From Ignavibacteriales bacterium (GTDB lineage: Bacteria > Bacteroidota > Ignavibacteria > UBA10030 > UBA6906), in NCBI GenBank assembly GCA_037441705.1, contig JBBIRR010000001.1:256001-320000 (forward strand): a stretch of DNA of 64,000 bases, written 5' to 3'. Under the pieces are notes generated by a model. The model did not search any database. It was not told where the DNA came from and saw nothing but the letters and a program-made list of their open reading frames with translations. The translations under genes and the position numbers were made by a program. The number at the start of each line of letters is the position of its first letter. Positions within the stretch are counted from its first letter, which is position 1. Shown piece after piece: positions 1-9,332 of this stretch.

Positions 1-265
1 GATTGATGGTGGTTGCAGGAACCTCCACGGGCAGCCCCGCACGCAGAGCAGCAATCCGGGCGAAGTTCATTCCCTGCTCGCCTTCGGGAAAGGCGCAACC
101 GATAATCACATCATCGATTTCTTTCGAGTCGAGCTGCGGGGTTCGTTTCAACAACTCAGCAATCACGGCCGCAGCCATGTCGTCGGGGCGTGTGTTACGC
201 AGTGTCCCCTTGTTGGCTTTGCCAACCGCGGTGCGGACGGCACAGACGATATGGGCTTCTGTCAT
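1..265 (-). CDS. fadA: Acetyl-CoA C-acyltransferase (thiolase), 5' part; runs off the window edge
   Basis: Hand translation from ATG at 265: [30 protein letters not shown]...[27 protein letters not shown]...TTIN, a thiolase N-terminus. Not in the ORF track. Confidence 0.9.
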   Translation of the reverse strand, partial: MTEAHIVCAVRTAVGKANKGTLRNTRPDDMAAAVIAELLKRTPQLDSKEIDDVIIGCAFPEGEQGMNFARIAALRAGLPVEVPATTIN

Positions 266-292
266 GTATCTTCCTTTCTCATTCACGCATGA

Positions 293-1141
293 CTAAGGAC
301 TCTTCTTCGGCTTCATCATCCTGAATACTTCCTTCAACTTCTCTCTCGGCATCACCTGCGCTAATGTGTTGAACTGTCCCGATTGCAGCCGTTCGCCGCC
401 GTCGATCGTCACGCACTCCCCCGTGATGTAGGAAGAGAGGTCGGACATGAGGAATGCGGCAAGGTTGGCAAGCTCTTCGTGTTGGCCGAACCGGCCAAGC
501 GGGACTTTCTTCTTGTACTGTTCCACAAGTGAAGCATCGCCCGGCATCAGTCTCGACCACGCACCTTCGGTGGGAAACAATCCGGGCGCGATGGCGTTGA
601 GACGAATGCCGTACGGACCCCATTCCGTTGCGAGCGACGTCGTCATGGCATAGACGCCCGCTTTCGCACACGCCGACGGCAGGACGAATGCCGAGCCGGT
701 CTGTGTGTAGGTCGTGACGATGTTCAGCACGACGCCTGGTCGTTTGTTCTGGATGAGATACTTGCCGAAATGCTGCGTGCAATTGAACGAACCGATCAGG
801 ACAATATCCACGACCGCTTTGAAGGCATTGAAACTCAAGTCTTCGGAAGCAGAAAGAAAATTCCCCGCCGCGTTGTTGACCAGCCCATCGAGCGAACCGA
901 ATTCGCCGACGATCCGGGCAATCATCTCCCCAACTCGGTCATACTCCCGGACATCGACGACATGCGTGAGGACGGTTTTGCCGTTCGCGCCGATTTCTTT
1001 TGCTGCCCTGTTCAACTTCTCCTCCGTCCGTCCGCAAATGGCGATGCGCGCACCAAGCTCGGCAAAGCGTTTCGCCATCGCGAGTCCCAGACCGCTGCCG
1101 CCGCCGGTGATGAGAATGGATTTGTTGGAGAGTGTAAGCAT
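293..1141 (-). CDS. SDR oxidoreductase, 2,4-dienoyl-CoA reductase-like
   Basis: TGGGSGLG, NNAAGNF, SACAKAG, NAIAPG and G-ECVTIDGG motifs; beta-oxidation context. Confidence 0.85.
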   Translation of the reverse strand: MLTLSNKSILITGGGSGLGLAMAKRFAELGARIAICGRTEEKLNRAAKEIGANGKTVLTHVVDVREYDRVGEMIARIVGEFGSLDGLVNNAAGNFLSASEDLSFNAFKAVVDIVLIGSFNCTQHFGKYLIQNKRPGVVLNIVTTYTQTGSAFVLPSACAKAGVYAMTTSLATEWGPYGIRLNAIAPGLFPTEGAWSRLMPGDASLVEQYKKKVPLGRFGQHEELANLAAFLMSDLSSYITGECVTIDGGERLQSGQFNTLAQVMPREKLKEVFRMMKPKKSP

Positions 1142-1144
1142 TGT

Positions 1145-1194
1145 AGATTGGACTCCACCTCACATGTGATTCTCAGGAAGGTGGAGTCCATCTG
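1145..1194. repeat. REP/REPIN-like inverted repeat, left copy flanking the RAYT gene
   Basis: AGATTGGACTCCACCT-N18-AGGTGGAGTCCATCTG; same arm as the copy at 1726-1763. Confidence 0.8.
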
Positions 1195-1711
1195 CCCGGT
1201 ACTGTGATTGTTGCACAAACTCCTCCATTGATGGAAACATACCGAGAACATCGCTTGTTCGAACAAACGAGTTCTTTCTCACTCCGATATACTCCCGATA
1301 GCTTGAATATTCCCAATCCTCCAATTTCTTCACCAATCCACTCCGAAGAAAATCTTGACAGATCTACATCACCGCTGTCGCGAGGTAATCCTCGTGTTGC
1401 ACAATCTTCGCCCCGGTGTGATGTTGGAACAAACTTCCATGCCGATTGAATCGAGCGCTGATCGCCCTTGTGTGCCAGCTTAACAGCACACCAATATTCG
1501 CATTCACCGTTTCGACATTCTTCGTCATGACTTGAGCAACAAAGTGAAAATGCGTCGGCATCAGGCAATAGGCGAGCGTGTCAATCAAGCCACTTGCATA
1601 GTGAACGTATTTGCTGAGGAAATAGGAGTAGTTGCCGCGCTCTTTGAACACAATCTCATCGTTGTTTGAACGATTGTAAATATGGTAGTAGCAGTTCTGT
1701 TCGAGGTCCAT
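1160..1711 (-). pseudogene. REP-associated tyrosine transposase (RAYT, Y1_Tnp/IS200-like HUH) with an in-frame stop
   Basis: YYHIYNRSNN, AYCLMPTHFH (HUH) and GSLFQ motifs. TAG at 1366-1364; the same frame continues ICQDFLRSGLVKKLEDWEYSSYREY to TGA at 1162-1160. Confidence 0.8.
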
Positions 1712-1725
1712 GCGTTCTCTCCTAT

Positions 1726-1763
1726 CAGATGGACTCCACCTCACGGAAGGTGGATTCCATCTG
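1726..1763. repeat. REP/REPIN-like inverted repeat, right copy flanking the RAYT gene
   Basis: CAGATGGACTCCACCT-N6-AGGTGGATTCCATCTG (15/16 complementary). Confidence 0.85.
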
Positions 1764-1776
1764 AACTTGTGAGTCG

Positions 1777-1959
1777 TCAGCCTTTTTTCTCACTTGCTGC
1801 TTCGGTCGAATACGAAGCACTCAAATCGCGCACTGTTGTCTCAGTCTTCTTGAGAATGTAATCGATGCGCTCTTCTGGCCGCACTCTTGCCAGCTCGGAG
1901 GATACGGTCTCTTTCCAATCCCACACCTCGAGCTGCGCTTTAGATGTCTTCGGTTCCAT
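1777..1959 (-). CDS. Small hypothetical protein, likely partner of the PIN-domain protein
   Basis: 60 aa; overlaps the 3' end of the PIN gene. Confidence 0.55.
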   Translation of the reverse strand: MEPKTSKAQLEVWDWKETVSSELARVRPEERIDYILKKTETTVRDLSASYSTEAASEKKG

Positions 1960-2449
1960 AGTCCATTAGTTCCAATGGTGTGATAATTCTAATCGCTGAG
2001 GGGTAACCGTTCTTGATATTCACTTCACGAATCCTGCGCTCTTTGTTTACATTCGCTAAGTGCCTGTAGTTCCAGCTCAGGAGGTACTCGAAGCCGGAAA
2101 CGACGCTAATCGCCACGTGATACGCATCGACAAGTTTTCTCCGGGGAATTATTTCCGCGAGCACGTAAGCCTCCGCAAGCCGTACAATCGCAGATGCATC
2201 AGTTATCTCCACTATCCGTATCCCGTACTCTTTGATGACGTTGAGCAGCATTCTTCGCCTCTCGGCGTCGTTGGTTGCTTCTATTTCCGCCAGTACGAAC
2301 CTTGAGATCCACGCATCGTACTGCCCCGCCTTTACAAAGTCATCAAAAAAAGCACGAGTCACATCCTGCAGTTCAGGAACATCCTCTGCGTATAGGAAGT
2401 TGATCACAGAAGTGTCCAGATAGATTCTCGGCGGCTCGGACACGTTCAA
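1940..2449 (-). CDS. PIN-domain (VapC-like) protein
   Basis: IYLDTSV, ISRFVLAEI, DAYHVA and SWNYRHL motifs; TTG start overlaps the upstream TGA stop. Confidence 0.85.
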   Translation of the reverse strand: MNVSEPPRIYLDTSVINFLYAEDVPELQDVTRAFFDDFVKAGQYDAWISRFVLAEIEATNDAERRRMLLNVIKEYGIRIVEITDASAIVRLAEAYVLAEIIPRRKLVDAYHVAISVVSGFEYLLSWNYRHLANVNKERRIREVNIKNGYPSAIRIITPLELMDYGTEDI

Positions 2450-4854
2450 TTCCTCAGCGGCTTCCCGTTCTTCAGCATGTACGCAAGCCGTTCCTGCGTC
2501 TTGCGTTCGCCAGCCAGGCTCAGGAACGCTTCACGCTCCAGGTCCAGAATGTACTGCTCGCTGACAAGAGTCTTTGCGGTCATGTCGCCGCCGCAGAGTA
2601 CGTAGGCAAGTTTCGTCCCAACGTGCATGTCGTACTCGCTGATGCGGCCTGCGTTTTTCATCAGGTACATGCCTAACTTCAATGTTGCGAGCGCCGGCTC
2701 TCCTAATGCAGGAATGTCGGTGCGCGGCACGGGTTGCTTGTAGCCCTCTTTCACCATCGCCAGAACCGTTGCCTTGGCATCAGCAAGCAGGTAGTCTCTG
2801 TTCATCGTGATGCCGTCGGACGCGCGGAGAAAGCCCAGCTCCTTCGCTTCGACGGCGCTGGTAGAGACTTTCGCCATCCCGATTGTCTCAAACACGCGCT
2901 TGACCAGCGGGAAAAAATCCACGTCGGAATCTTTCGGCACGCCCTCGACCATGCGCACGAGCATCTCCTTGCATCCTCCGCCTGCGGGAATGATGCCGAC
3001 GCCGACTTCGACGAGTCCCATGTACAGCTCCGCCGCCGCGCGGATACGATCGGCGCCAAGGGCAAATTCACATCCGCCGCCCAGCGTCATGCCGAACGGC
3101 GCCGCGACCACCGGCCTAGGGGAGTACTTGAGCGATTGCGTTGCCTTCTGAAAGGCGCGCGCCATCATATCCAACTCATCCCAATCGCCTTCCTGTGCGG
3201 CCATCAGCATGATCATGATGTTGGCGCCGACGGAGAAATTCTCTCCTTCATTACCAACAACCAATCCTTCAAAATTCTTCCCGACCTCCTGCACGGCATA
3301 GTGTGTCATGGAAAGGATGTCTTCGCCGATAGCGTTCATCTTCGAATGAAACTCCAGACACGCAACACCATCGCCAATGTCAATCAGACTCGCGCCTGCA
3401 TTCTTTTTTATGACCTTGTTCCTGTCCTTGAACGACGGCAGGAGAAGCAGTCCGGGCTTTTCTTCGACAGGGACATGCTTTTCTGACTTCACATCAAAAA
3501 AGAACGTCGTGCCGTTGCGGCGTTCGTAAAATGTTTTCTTTCCCGACCTGAGAAGCTGTTCGACAAGCTGCGGTATGGGCTTGCCATCTGCCTGCATCTT
3601 CTTCACGGAATCTTCAACCCCGATGGCGTCCCAGGTTTCGAACGGACCGAACTGCCAGTTGAACCCCCAGCGCATGGCCCGGTCCACGTTCACGATGTCG
3701 TCGGAGATTTCCGGGATGCGATTGGCCGCGTAGAGAAGAACGTCACGCGTTGTCTTCCAGATAAACTGGCCGGCGCGGTCGTTCGCATACGTCAGCATTT
3801 TCAGTCGCTCGGCCAGGTTTTCGATGTTCTTGCCGGTCTCGATGGAAGCGAACTTTGCTTTCTGTCTCGGTCGGTACTGAAGCGTAGCGTAGTCGAGCGT
3901 GAGAATCTCGTTTTCACCGGCTCCCTTCGTCTTCTTGTAGAAGCCCTGCTTCGTCTTATCGCCCAGCATCTTGTTCTCGACCATCTTCTGAATGAAGTCG
4001 GGGACGATGAACATCTCACGCATCTCGTCGTCGGGCACGGCATCGTACAAATTCTTTGCAACGTGCACAAGGGTATCGATGCCGACCAGGTCGCCGGTGC
4101 GGAATGTGGCACTCTTCGGCTTGCCGGTTGCAGGCCCCGTGAGTTGATCCACCTCTTCAATCGTGTACCCCCCTTCCAGCATCGTGCGGATAGCAGACAT
4201 CATCGCAAAGACGCCGATGCGGTTGGCGATGAAGTTCGGGCGATCTTTGCAGTACACGATGCCCTTGCCCAACACGCGCTCGCCGAACGAGGCCATCGTC
4301 GCAACGACCTCGGGGAGTGTTTCGTTCGTCGGGATGATTTCCAGAAGCCGCATGTAACGCGGCGGATTGAAGAAATGCGTGCCGAGAAAGTGTTTACGAA
4401 AATCGTCGGACAGTCCCTGAGCGATTGCCGCAATGGGGATGCCCGAGGTGTTCGACGACACGATGGTGCCGGGCGTGCGCAGGGCATCAACTTTCTTCAG
4501 CAGCGATTGCTTGATGTCGAGTCGTTCAACGACAACTTCGATAATCCAATCAACTTCCTTGACCCAACCGAGATTGTCCTCGAAGTTCCCCACCGTAATG
4601 AGCCTGGCAAAGTCAGGCGAGTAGAACGCCGCTGGCCGCGCCTTTCGGGCCGAGTCAAGGCCGGCATTCACGATGCGATTTCGCACCGCCGGACTCGCAA
4701 GCGTCAACCCCTTCGCGGCCTCTTCCGGGGCGAGGTCGTTCGGAACGATGTCGAGGAGATAGGAGGGAATCCCTGCGTTGGCGAGATGGGCGGCAATGGC
4801 CGAGCCCATCACGCCCGAGCCGAGGACGGCGACTTTAGTGATTGTTCCGATCAT
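2446..4854 (-). CDS. fadN: 3-hydroxyacyl-CoA dehydrogenase / enoyl-CoA hydratase (FadN-type)
   Basis: GSGVMG, SNTSG, HFFNPPRY and FIANRIG motifs, followed by a crotonase domain (GGGCE). Confidence 0.92.
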   Translation of the reverse strand: MIGTITKVAVLGSGVMGSAIAAHLANAGIPSYLLDIVPNDLAPEEAAKGLTLASPAVRNRIVNAGLDSARKARPAAFYSPDFARLITVGNFEDNLGWVKEVDWIIEVVVERLDIKQSLLKKVDALRTPGTIVSSNTSGIPIAAIAQGLSDDFRKHFLGTHFFNPPRYMRLLEIIPTNETLPEVVATMASFGERVLGKGIVYCKDRPNFIANRIGVFAMMSAIRTMLEGGYTIEEVDQLTGPATGKPKSATFRTGDLVGIDTLVHVAKNLYDAVPDDEMREMFIVPDFIQKMVENKMLGDKTKQGFYKKTKGAGENEILTLDYATLQYRPRQKAKFASIETGKNIENLAERLKMLTYANDRAGQFIWKTTRDVLLYAANRIPEISDDIVNVDRAMRWGFNWQFGPFETWDAIGVEDSVKKMQADGKPIPQLVEQLLRSGKKTFYERRNGTTFFFDVKSEKHVPVEEKPGLLLLPSFKDRNKVIKKNAGASLIDIGDGVACLEFHSKMNAIGEDILSMTHYAVQEVGKNFEGLVVGNEGENFSVGANIMIMLMAAQEGDWDELDMMARAFQKATQSLKYSPRPVVAAPFGMTLGGGCEFALGADRIRAAAELYMGLVEVGVGIIPAGGGCKEMLVRMVEGVPKDSDVDFFPLVKRVFETIGMAKVSTSAVEAKELGFLRASDGITMNRDYLLADAKATVLAMVKEGYKQPVPRTDIPALGEPALATLKLGMYLMKNAGRISEYDMHVGTKLAYVLCGGDMTAKTLVSEQYILDLEREAFLSLAGERKTQERLAYMLKNGKPLRN

Positions 4855-4910
4855 GTTTTTCCTGTGACATTAGGTACGAAGAACACCTGTGACAGGAGCA
4901 TCAGCCGCTC

Positions 4911-5234
4911 TCATCGCAGCAAACGATCCTGCAGCAGCAGCTCGATATCCCTTCTTCCGTCCAGCACGCAATGGATGTAAACGTGCTTGCGCCCAATCCG
5001 GTAGACGATCCGATATGGTCGCGCATCGATCTCCTGAAACTCTGTTACGCCAAACGCCAGGAGCTCCGGCGGGACGCGTCCCCGTTGCGGATCGGTTTCG
5101 AGCGTGCCTGCCAGCCGTTCGAGTTTTTCGATCAACGCGCTTGCCCGCGAGAACGATTCACTCTCCGCGACGTGTTTGAAGATGTCGAATAAATCCGCCT
5201 GCGCATCATCCGACATCATGACATGATACTTCAT
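4911..5234 (-). CDS. RelE/ParE family toxin
   Basis: A-ADL-DI, P-RGR-PPEL, PYRIVYRI and VLDGRRD motifs. Confidence 0.88.
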   Translation of the reverse strand: MKYHVMMSDDAQADLFDIFKHVAESESFSRASALIEKLERLAGTLETDPQRGRVPPELLAFGVTEFQEIDARPYRIVYRIGRKHVYIHCVLDGRRDIELLLQDRLLR

Positions 5235-5518
5235 AGCGAATGCTCAAAACGCTGCATGCGCTGTTTGAGATGAGCAAACGCCTGCCTGAGAGTCGTAAAT
5301 CTCCCCTTACGAAAACTCTGGCTGCTTTGCGCCAGGATCTTCAGCATCGCCAGTGTTTGCTGCTGCCGTTCGTACACCTTGACATCCTGCACGACAACCC
5401 TCGCTTCGCCGTTGTGCGTTACCACCAGGGTCTTCTGATTCTTGACGATGTCACGGATCAGCTCCGATGCATGCGCCTTCAGATAACTGATGGGTTTGAT
5501 GGAGTCGCTGAGTTTCAT
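5231..5518 (-). CDS. Phd/YefM family antitoxin
   Basis: IKPISYLKAH...VTHNGEARVVVQD; 4-nt overlap with the toxin gene. Confidence 0.9.
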   Translation of the reverse strand: MKLSDSIKPISYLKAHASELIRDIVKNQKTLVVTHNGEARVVVQDVKVYERQQQTLAMLKILAQSSQSFRKGRFTTLRQAFAHLKQRMQRFEHSL

Positions 5519-5540
5519 GGATGAACGCGGGTAATTGGTC

Positions 5541-5576
5541 TGACCTGAATATGGTCTAAATTCAGGTCAAAGGCAA
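5541..5576 (-). promoter_or_regulatory. TA promoter with overlapping palindromic operator
   Basis: Perfect IR TGACCTGAAT-N9-ATTCAGGTCA (5541-5569) overlapping TTGCCT-N17-CATATT on the minus strand. Confidence 0.65.
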
Positions 5577-5615
5577 GGGGCGAATAGGAAAGAACGGGCT
5601 GCGCGCTGCGACGGG

Positions 5616-7424
5616 CTATTCGTGCACTTCCACCATTTCGTACTGCTGGTAGAGTGCTTCGATCTGATCGTGGAACTCCTGTTCGATAATCCGGCGCTTG
5701 AGCTTCATGGTGGGAGTCAACTGTCCGTCGGCGATCGTCAGTTCGTGATCACTGATGATGAACTTGATGATTCGTTCCCACTTGTTCAGGCCGAGATTCA
5801 CCCTGCCCACTTCTTCCTCAAACAACTGCTGCACCTCGGGGCGCGCAATCAGCTCGGTTAGGCCGGCGTACTCAATGCGGTTCTGCAGCGCCCAGAGTTT
5901 CAGGTTCGGGAATTTGGGAAAGAGGATAGCAATAGCGAACTTCCGTCCTTCGCCGATGACCGCGGCGTGTTCGATGTAGCGGCTGTTGCGCAGGCTCGCC
6001 TCGATCGGTCCGGGCGCGATGAACTTGCCGCTGGATTTCTTGATCAGATCTCTCTTCCGATCAGTGATGAAAAGGAAGCCGTCCTTGTCCAGATATCCGA
6101 CATCTCCCGTCTTGAACCAGTCCCCGTCGAACACCTCGGCCGTTTTTTCCGGTGCGTTGTAGAACCCCTTCATTACGTTCGGACCCCGCACGAGGATTTC
6201 GCCATCCTCGGCAATTTTCACCTCGACGTTATCAATCGGTGGGCCGACGGAGCCAAGCTTGTTGCGCCCGCTGCGATTGACCGTGACGACGGGAGAGGTT
6301 TCCGTAAGTCCGTACCCTTGAATGACGGGAAAGCCGGCAGCAAGAAGCACGCGTGCGAGTTCGGGATGCAGCGGCGCGCTGCCGGAGAGAATGAGCCGAA
6401 ACGCTCCGCCGAGCGCGGCACGCCACTTCGAGAACACCAACGCAGAAGCAACCCGCAGCCTGATGCGATACCACAAAGGCATCGTGCCCCAGGGATCGTA
6501 CTGCTTCGCCAGCGAGAGGGCCCAGAAGAAAAGCGTTCGCTTCAGGCCGCGCAGCTCATTACCTTTCACGAGAATGCGATCATACACTTTTTCCAGCATC
6601 CGCGGCACGGCCGCCATGATCGTGGGCTTCACTTCTAAGAGATTCTCCGGAATCTTCTCCATCGACTCCGCAAACCAGACAGGAACGCCGTGATAGAGAT
6701 ACATGTTGATCATCGTCCGCTCGAAGATGTGCGAGAGCGGAAGAAAGGAGAAGACGACATCCGTTGCCGGAAGCCACTCGAAGTCCGCTCCCGCGTCGAT
6801 GGCGTTCGAGACAAGATTGCGATGCGTGAGCAGTACGCCCTTCGGTGCGGCTGTTGTGCCGGAGGTGTACATGAGGGTTGCGATGTCGTCGGGCTTCACG
6901 GCCAGGCGCAGCGTGTCATACAATGTCGGCTCGCGTTCGTCCAACGCCTTGCCCGCGCGTTCCAGCTCATCCAGCGTGACAATCTTCTCGCCTTCGGCAA
7001 ACGACGAGAAGATGATGACCCGCTTGAGGAATCCGCGCTCGATGATCGGCTTGACTTTGTTGTACAGATCGAGACTCGACACGATGAGAACAGTGCAGTT
7101 TGCGTCGCGCAGGATGTACTCGATTTGCTCTGCGATTTGCGTGATGTACAACGGCACGGTTGCCGCTCCGAGGGCCAACACCGCGTAGTCCGACATCACC
7201 CACTGCGGAGAGTTTTCAGCAAGCAGGCCGACGTGATCACTCTTGCGCACGCCGTGGTGGTAGAGGCCGAGCGCGCGCAACCGAACGTGCCGTACAATCT
7301 CGTCGGAGGAAAAGCCCACCCAACGTCCGTTCACTTTGTAATTCAATTGCTTCGGACGCGAATGTACGGCGTGGTGGTATGCGAGGAGTTCGTTAAGTGT
7401 AGTTGGCTGATTCATGGAGTCCAC
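5616..7424 (-). CDS. fadD: Long-chain fatty acid-CoA ligase
   Basis: YTSGTT-PKG, QGYGLTET and WFKTGD motifs; the start may be ATG 7415. Confidence 0.92.
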   Translation of the reverse strand: MDSMNQPTTLNELLAYHHAVHSRPKQLNYKVNGRWVGFSSDEIVRHVRLRALGLYHHGVRKSDHVGLLAENSPQWVMSDYAVLALGAATVPLYITQIAEQIEYILRDANCTVLIVSSLDLYNKVKPIIERGFLKRVIIFSSFAEGEKIVTLDELERAGKALDEREPTLYDTLRLAVKPDDIATLMYTSGTTAAPKGVLLTHRNLVSNAIDAGADFEWLPATDVVFSFLPLSHIFERTMINMYLYHGVPVWFAESMEKIPENLLEVKPTIMAAVPRMLEKVYDRILVKGNELRGLKRTLFFWALSLAKQYDPWGTMPLWYRIRLRVASALVFSKWRAALGGAFRLILSGSAPLHPELARVLLAAGFPVIQGYGLTETSPVVTVNRSGRNKLGSVGPPIDNVEVKIAEDGEILVRGPNVMKGFYNAPEKTAEVFDGDWFKTGDVGYLDKDGFLFITDRKRDLIKKSSGKFIAPGPIEASLRNSRYIEHAAVIGEGRKFAIAILFPKFPNLKLWALQNRIEYAGLTELIARPEVQQLFEEEVGRVNLGLNKWERIIKFIISDHELTIADGQLTPTMKLKRRIIEQEFHDQIEALYQQYEMVEVHE

Positions 7425-7525
7425 GTCGTTCGTCGAACTTAAGATCGGGGAGAGATCAAATGCACGCGTGCGGAAAAATGATAGGGAATGCTCAAGGGAA
7501 AAGCAAGGAGCCGGCGCAACAACGA

Positions 7526-8998
7526 TCAGGAGGGCGATGCCGGCGTAGGCTCGCCGAGCACCTGCTTCAATTCCTGCAATGACTGAAAGTCAGGGTCCGC
7601 TTGCTTCCACAACTCCAACAGCCTGCCGCCAATCTCCCGGGTCATGCGTCTATCCCCTTGCGCTTTGTACACCCGCGCCAGGGTAAGTAGCGCCTCCGGG
7701 TTGTTCGGATTGTAGCGAAGCGCATCGTCCAGCGCATCCAGCGCCCTGTCATAGTCACCGTGCTTGAGGTGGATCGCCGCCATCCGGTGGTACACCTCGG
7801 CCCTGGTGAGTTCTGTTCCGTATTGCAGGGCGCTGTCGCACACTGCGAGAGCCTCATCCAACCTCTCCTGCTCTTCCAACAGGCGCCCCTGCAGGAGATG
7901 AAATTGCAGCATCACCGCTGATTCCCCCAAGTTCCGACGCAGGATTTCGTTTCGGATTCCTTCGAGCATGGTTTCCGCCTCTTTCAGTCGTTTCATCCTC
8001 AGAAGCGCAAACGCCCGGCCGAAAGCCCATCGGAAGTTGAGGCTGTCGAGTGCCTTAGCCTTGTCGAACAACTGAAGGGCTTGCTCGTAGTGTCCTCGTC
8101 GAAGCTCAAGATTCGCATCGAGGGCGAGGTGGCTGGCTTGCATCTGTAAGCTCGGCGGGATTTTTGTCATGCCGAGATCGTATTGCTGTTCTGCCTCCTT
8201 CAATCGGCCCAACACGGCATAGACGTCACCGATGCGCGTGATGGCGTACCAATAGTCTGGCTTGAATTCCAGGGAAGCCCTGTACTGCTGGAGCGCTTCC
8301 GAGTATCGCCCGGAGCGAAACAGAATATCCGCAAAACTGGCCCGCGGATCGGCAGCATCGGGGACGAGTTCGATGTAGCGCTGCATCGCCTTGATGGCCT
8401 CCGTTTCTTTCCCGCGGGCAGAGTAGGCGTACCCGAGGCTCATTACCGCGGGGGCGTATGAGGGATCTGCCTCCACGGCTTTCCTGTACATCTCGAGCGC
8501 CGCATCGGCTCGTTTGTTCATCTCCAGTAGGTCGCCGCGGAACACAAACGCTTCGGCATTGTCGGGAAAGGAGGTGGTGAGAGAATCTGCAACACGCAGG
8601 GCTTCGGCATTGCGGAAGTGAAACAGATGATCGAGCATGCGAATAAACTGCTGCTCATAAAGGCTTACGGCACCAGACTTGCGAACGGCTTTGCCGATTT
8701 CCATCCGGGCACTGTCCTCGCTCCCCGCCCGGTAATACAACAAACCCAATCTGGAGTAGGCCATCGCAAAGTTCGTGTCGAGCTGCGTGGCCTGCCGAAG
8801 CACCTCTTTGGCTTCCGTGAAATAGAATTTCTCGAGGAGGGTCACCCCTTCATCATAGAGTTTCCGCGCTTCGTCGGAGCTGGTGGTGAGCTTCCGCTTC
8901 TCATCGCATCCCCCCAGCAGCAACGCAGCGCACACAAGACTGCCGACTAAACCCAACCATGTGCGCTGCGCGTTCATGACCGCTCGCTTGCATACCAT
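7526..8998 (-). CDS. Tetratricopeptide-repeat lipoprotein
   Basis: LLLGGC lipobox followed by many TPR units (A-Y-LG-Y, P-PA). Confidence 0.8.
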   Translation of the reverse strand: MVCKRAVMNAQRTWLGLVGSLVCAALLLGGCDEKRKLTTSSDEARKLYDEGVTLLEKFYFTEAKEVLRQATQLDTNFAMAYSRLGLLYYRAGSEDSARMEIGKAVRKSGAVSLYEQQFIRMLDHLFHFRNAEALRVADSLTTSFPDNAEAFVFRGDLLEMNKRADAALEMYRKAVEADPSYAPAVMSLGYAYSARGKETEAIKAMQRYIELVPDAADPRASFADILFRSGRYSEALQQYRASLEFKPDYWYAITRIGDVYAVLGRLKEAEQQYDLGMTKIPPSLQMQASHLALDANLELRRGHYEQALQLFDKAKALDSLNFRWAFGRAFALLRMKRLKEAETMLEGIRNEILRRNLGESAVMLQFHLLQGRLLEEQERLDEALAVCDSALQYGTELTRAEVYHRMAAIHLKHGDYDRALDALDDALRYNPNNPEALLTLARVYKAQGDRRMTREIGGRLLELWKQADPDFQSLQELKQVLGEPTPASPS

Positions 8999-9035
8999 CC
9001 TGCCTCAGTATACGGCCAACACCCGGGGCAGTTGC

Positions 9036-9317
9036 TCATGGAGTTTCTTGAGAAGGAGATTCGGAGGCTGAACCCGTGGGGTTCTCTCGAAGGGCACGGA
9101 GACGTTTCAACCCCGCCTCCACTCGCTCGATGCTCGCGTTGAGCAGCTCCATATAGTGATCCTGTTTTGCCTGATCGCCTCGGTGGGCTTGCATCATATA
9201 CACGGCCATGCGCATAACACCCAGGGGATTATTGATTTCGTGGGCGACTTCGCGTATGCCCGCCCTCAGGTTGGCAACCTGTGTTTGCAGATCAACTTCT
9301 GTGTGTGCCATCGCCAT
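9036..9317 (-). CDS. Stand-alone HisKA/DHp-domain protein
   Basis: H-box AHEINNPLG; 93 aa with no HATPase domain. Confidence 0.75.
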   Translation of the reverse strand: MAMAHTEVDLQTQVANLRAGIREVAHEINNPLGVMRMAVYMMQAHRGDQAKQDHYMELLNASIERVEAGLKRLRALRENPTGSASESPSQETP

Positions 9318-9332
9318 GGTCTTCTCGATTGG

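Noticed and set aside
1364-1366. TAG as a recoded (pyrrolysine or readthrough) codon
   Set aside because: TAG is a normal stop for other genes here (e.g. 35605, 59097), and the neighbouring motif residues are also degraded.
1777-5580. TA modules as integron cassettes
   Set aside because: No attC-like RYYYAAC...GTTRRRY boundaries and no integrase seen.
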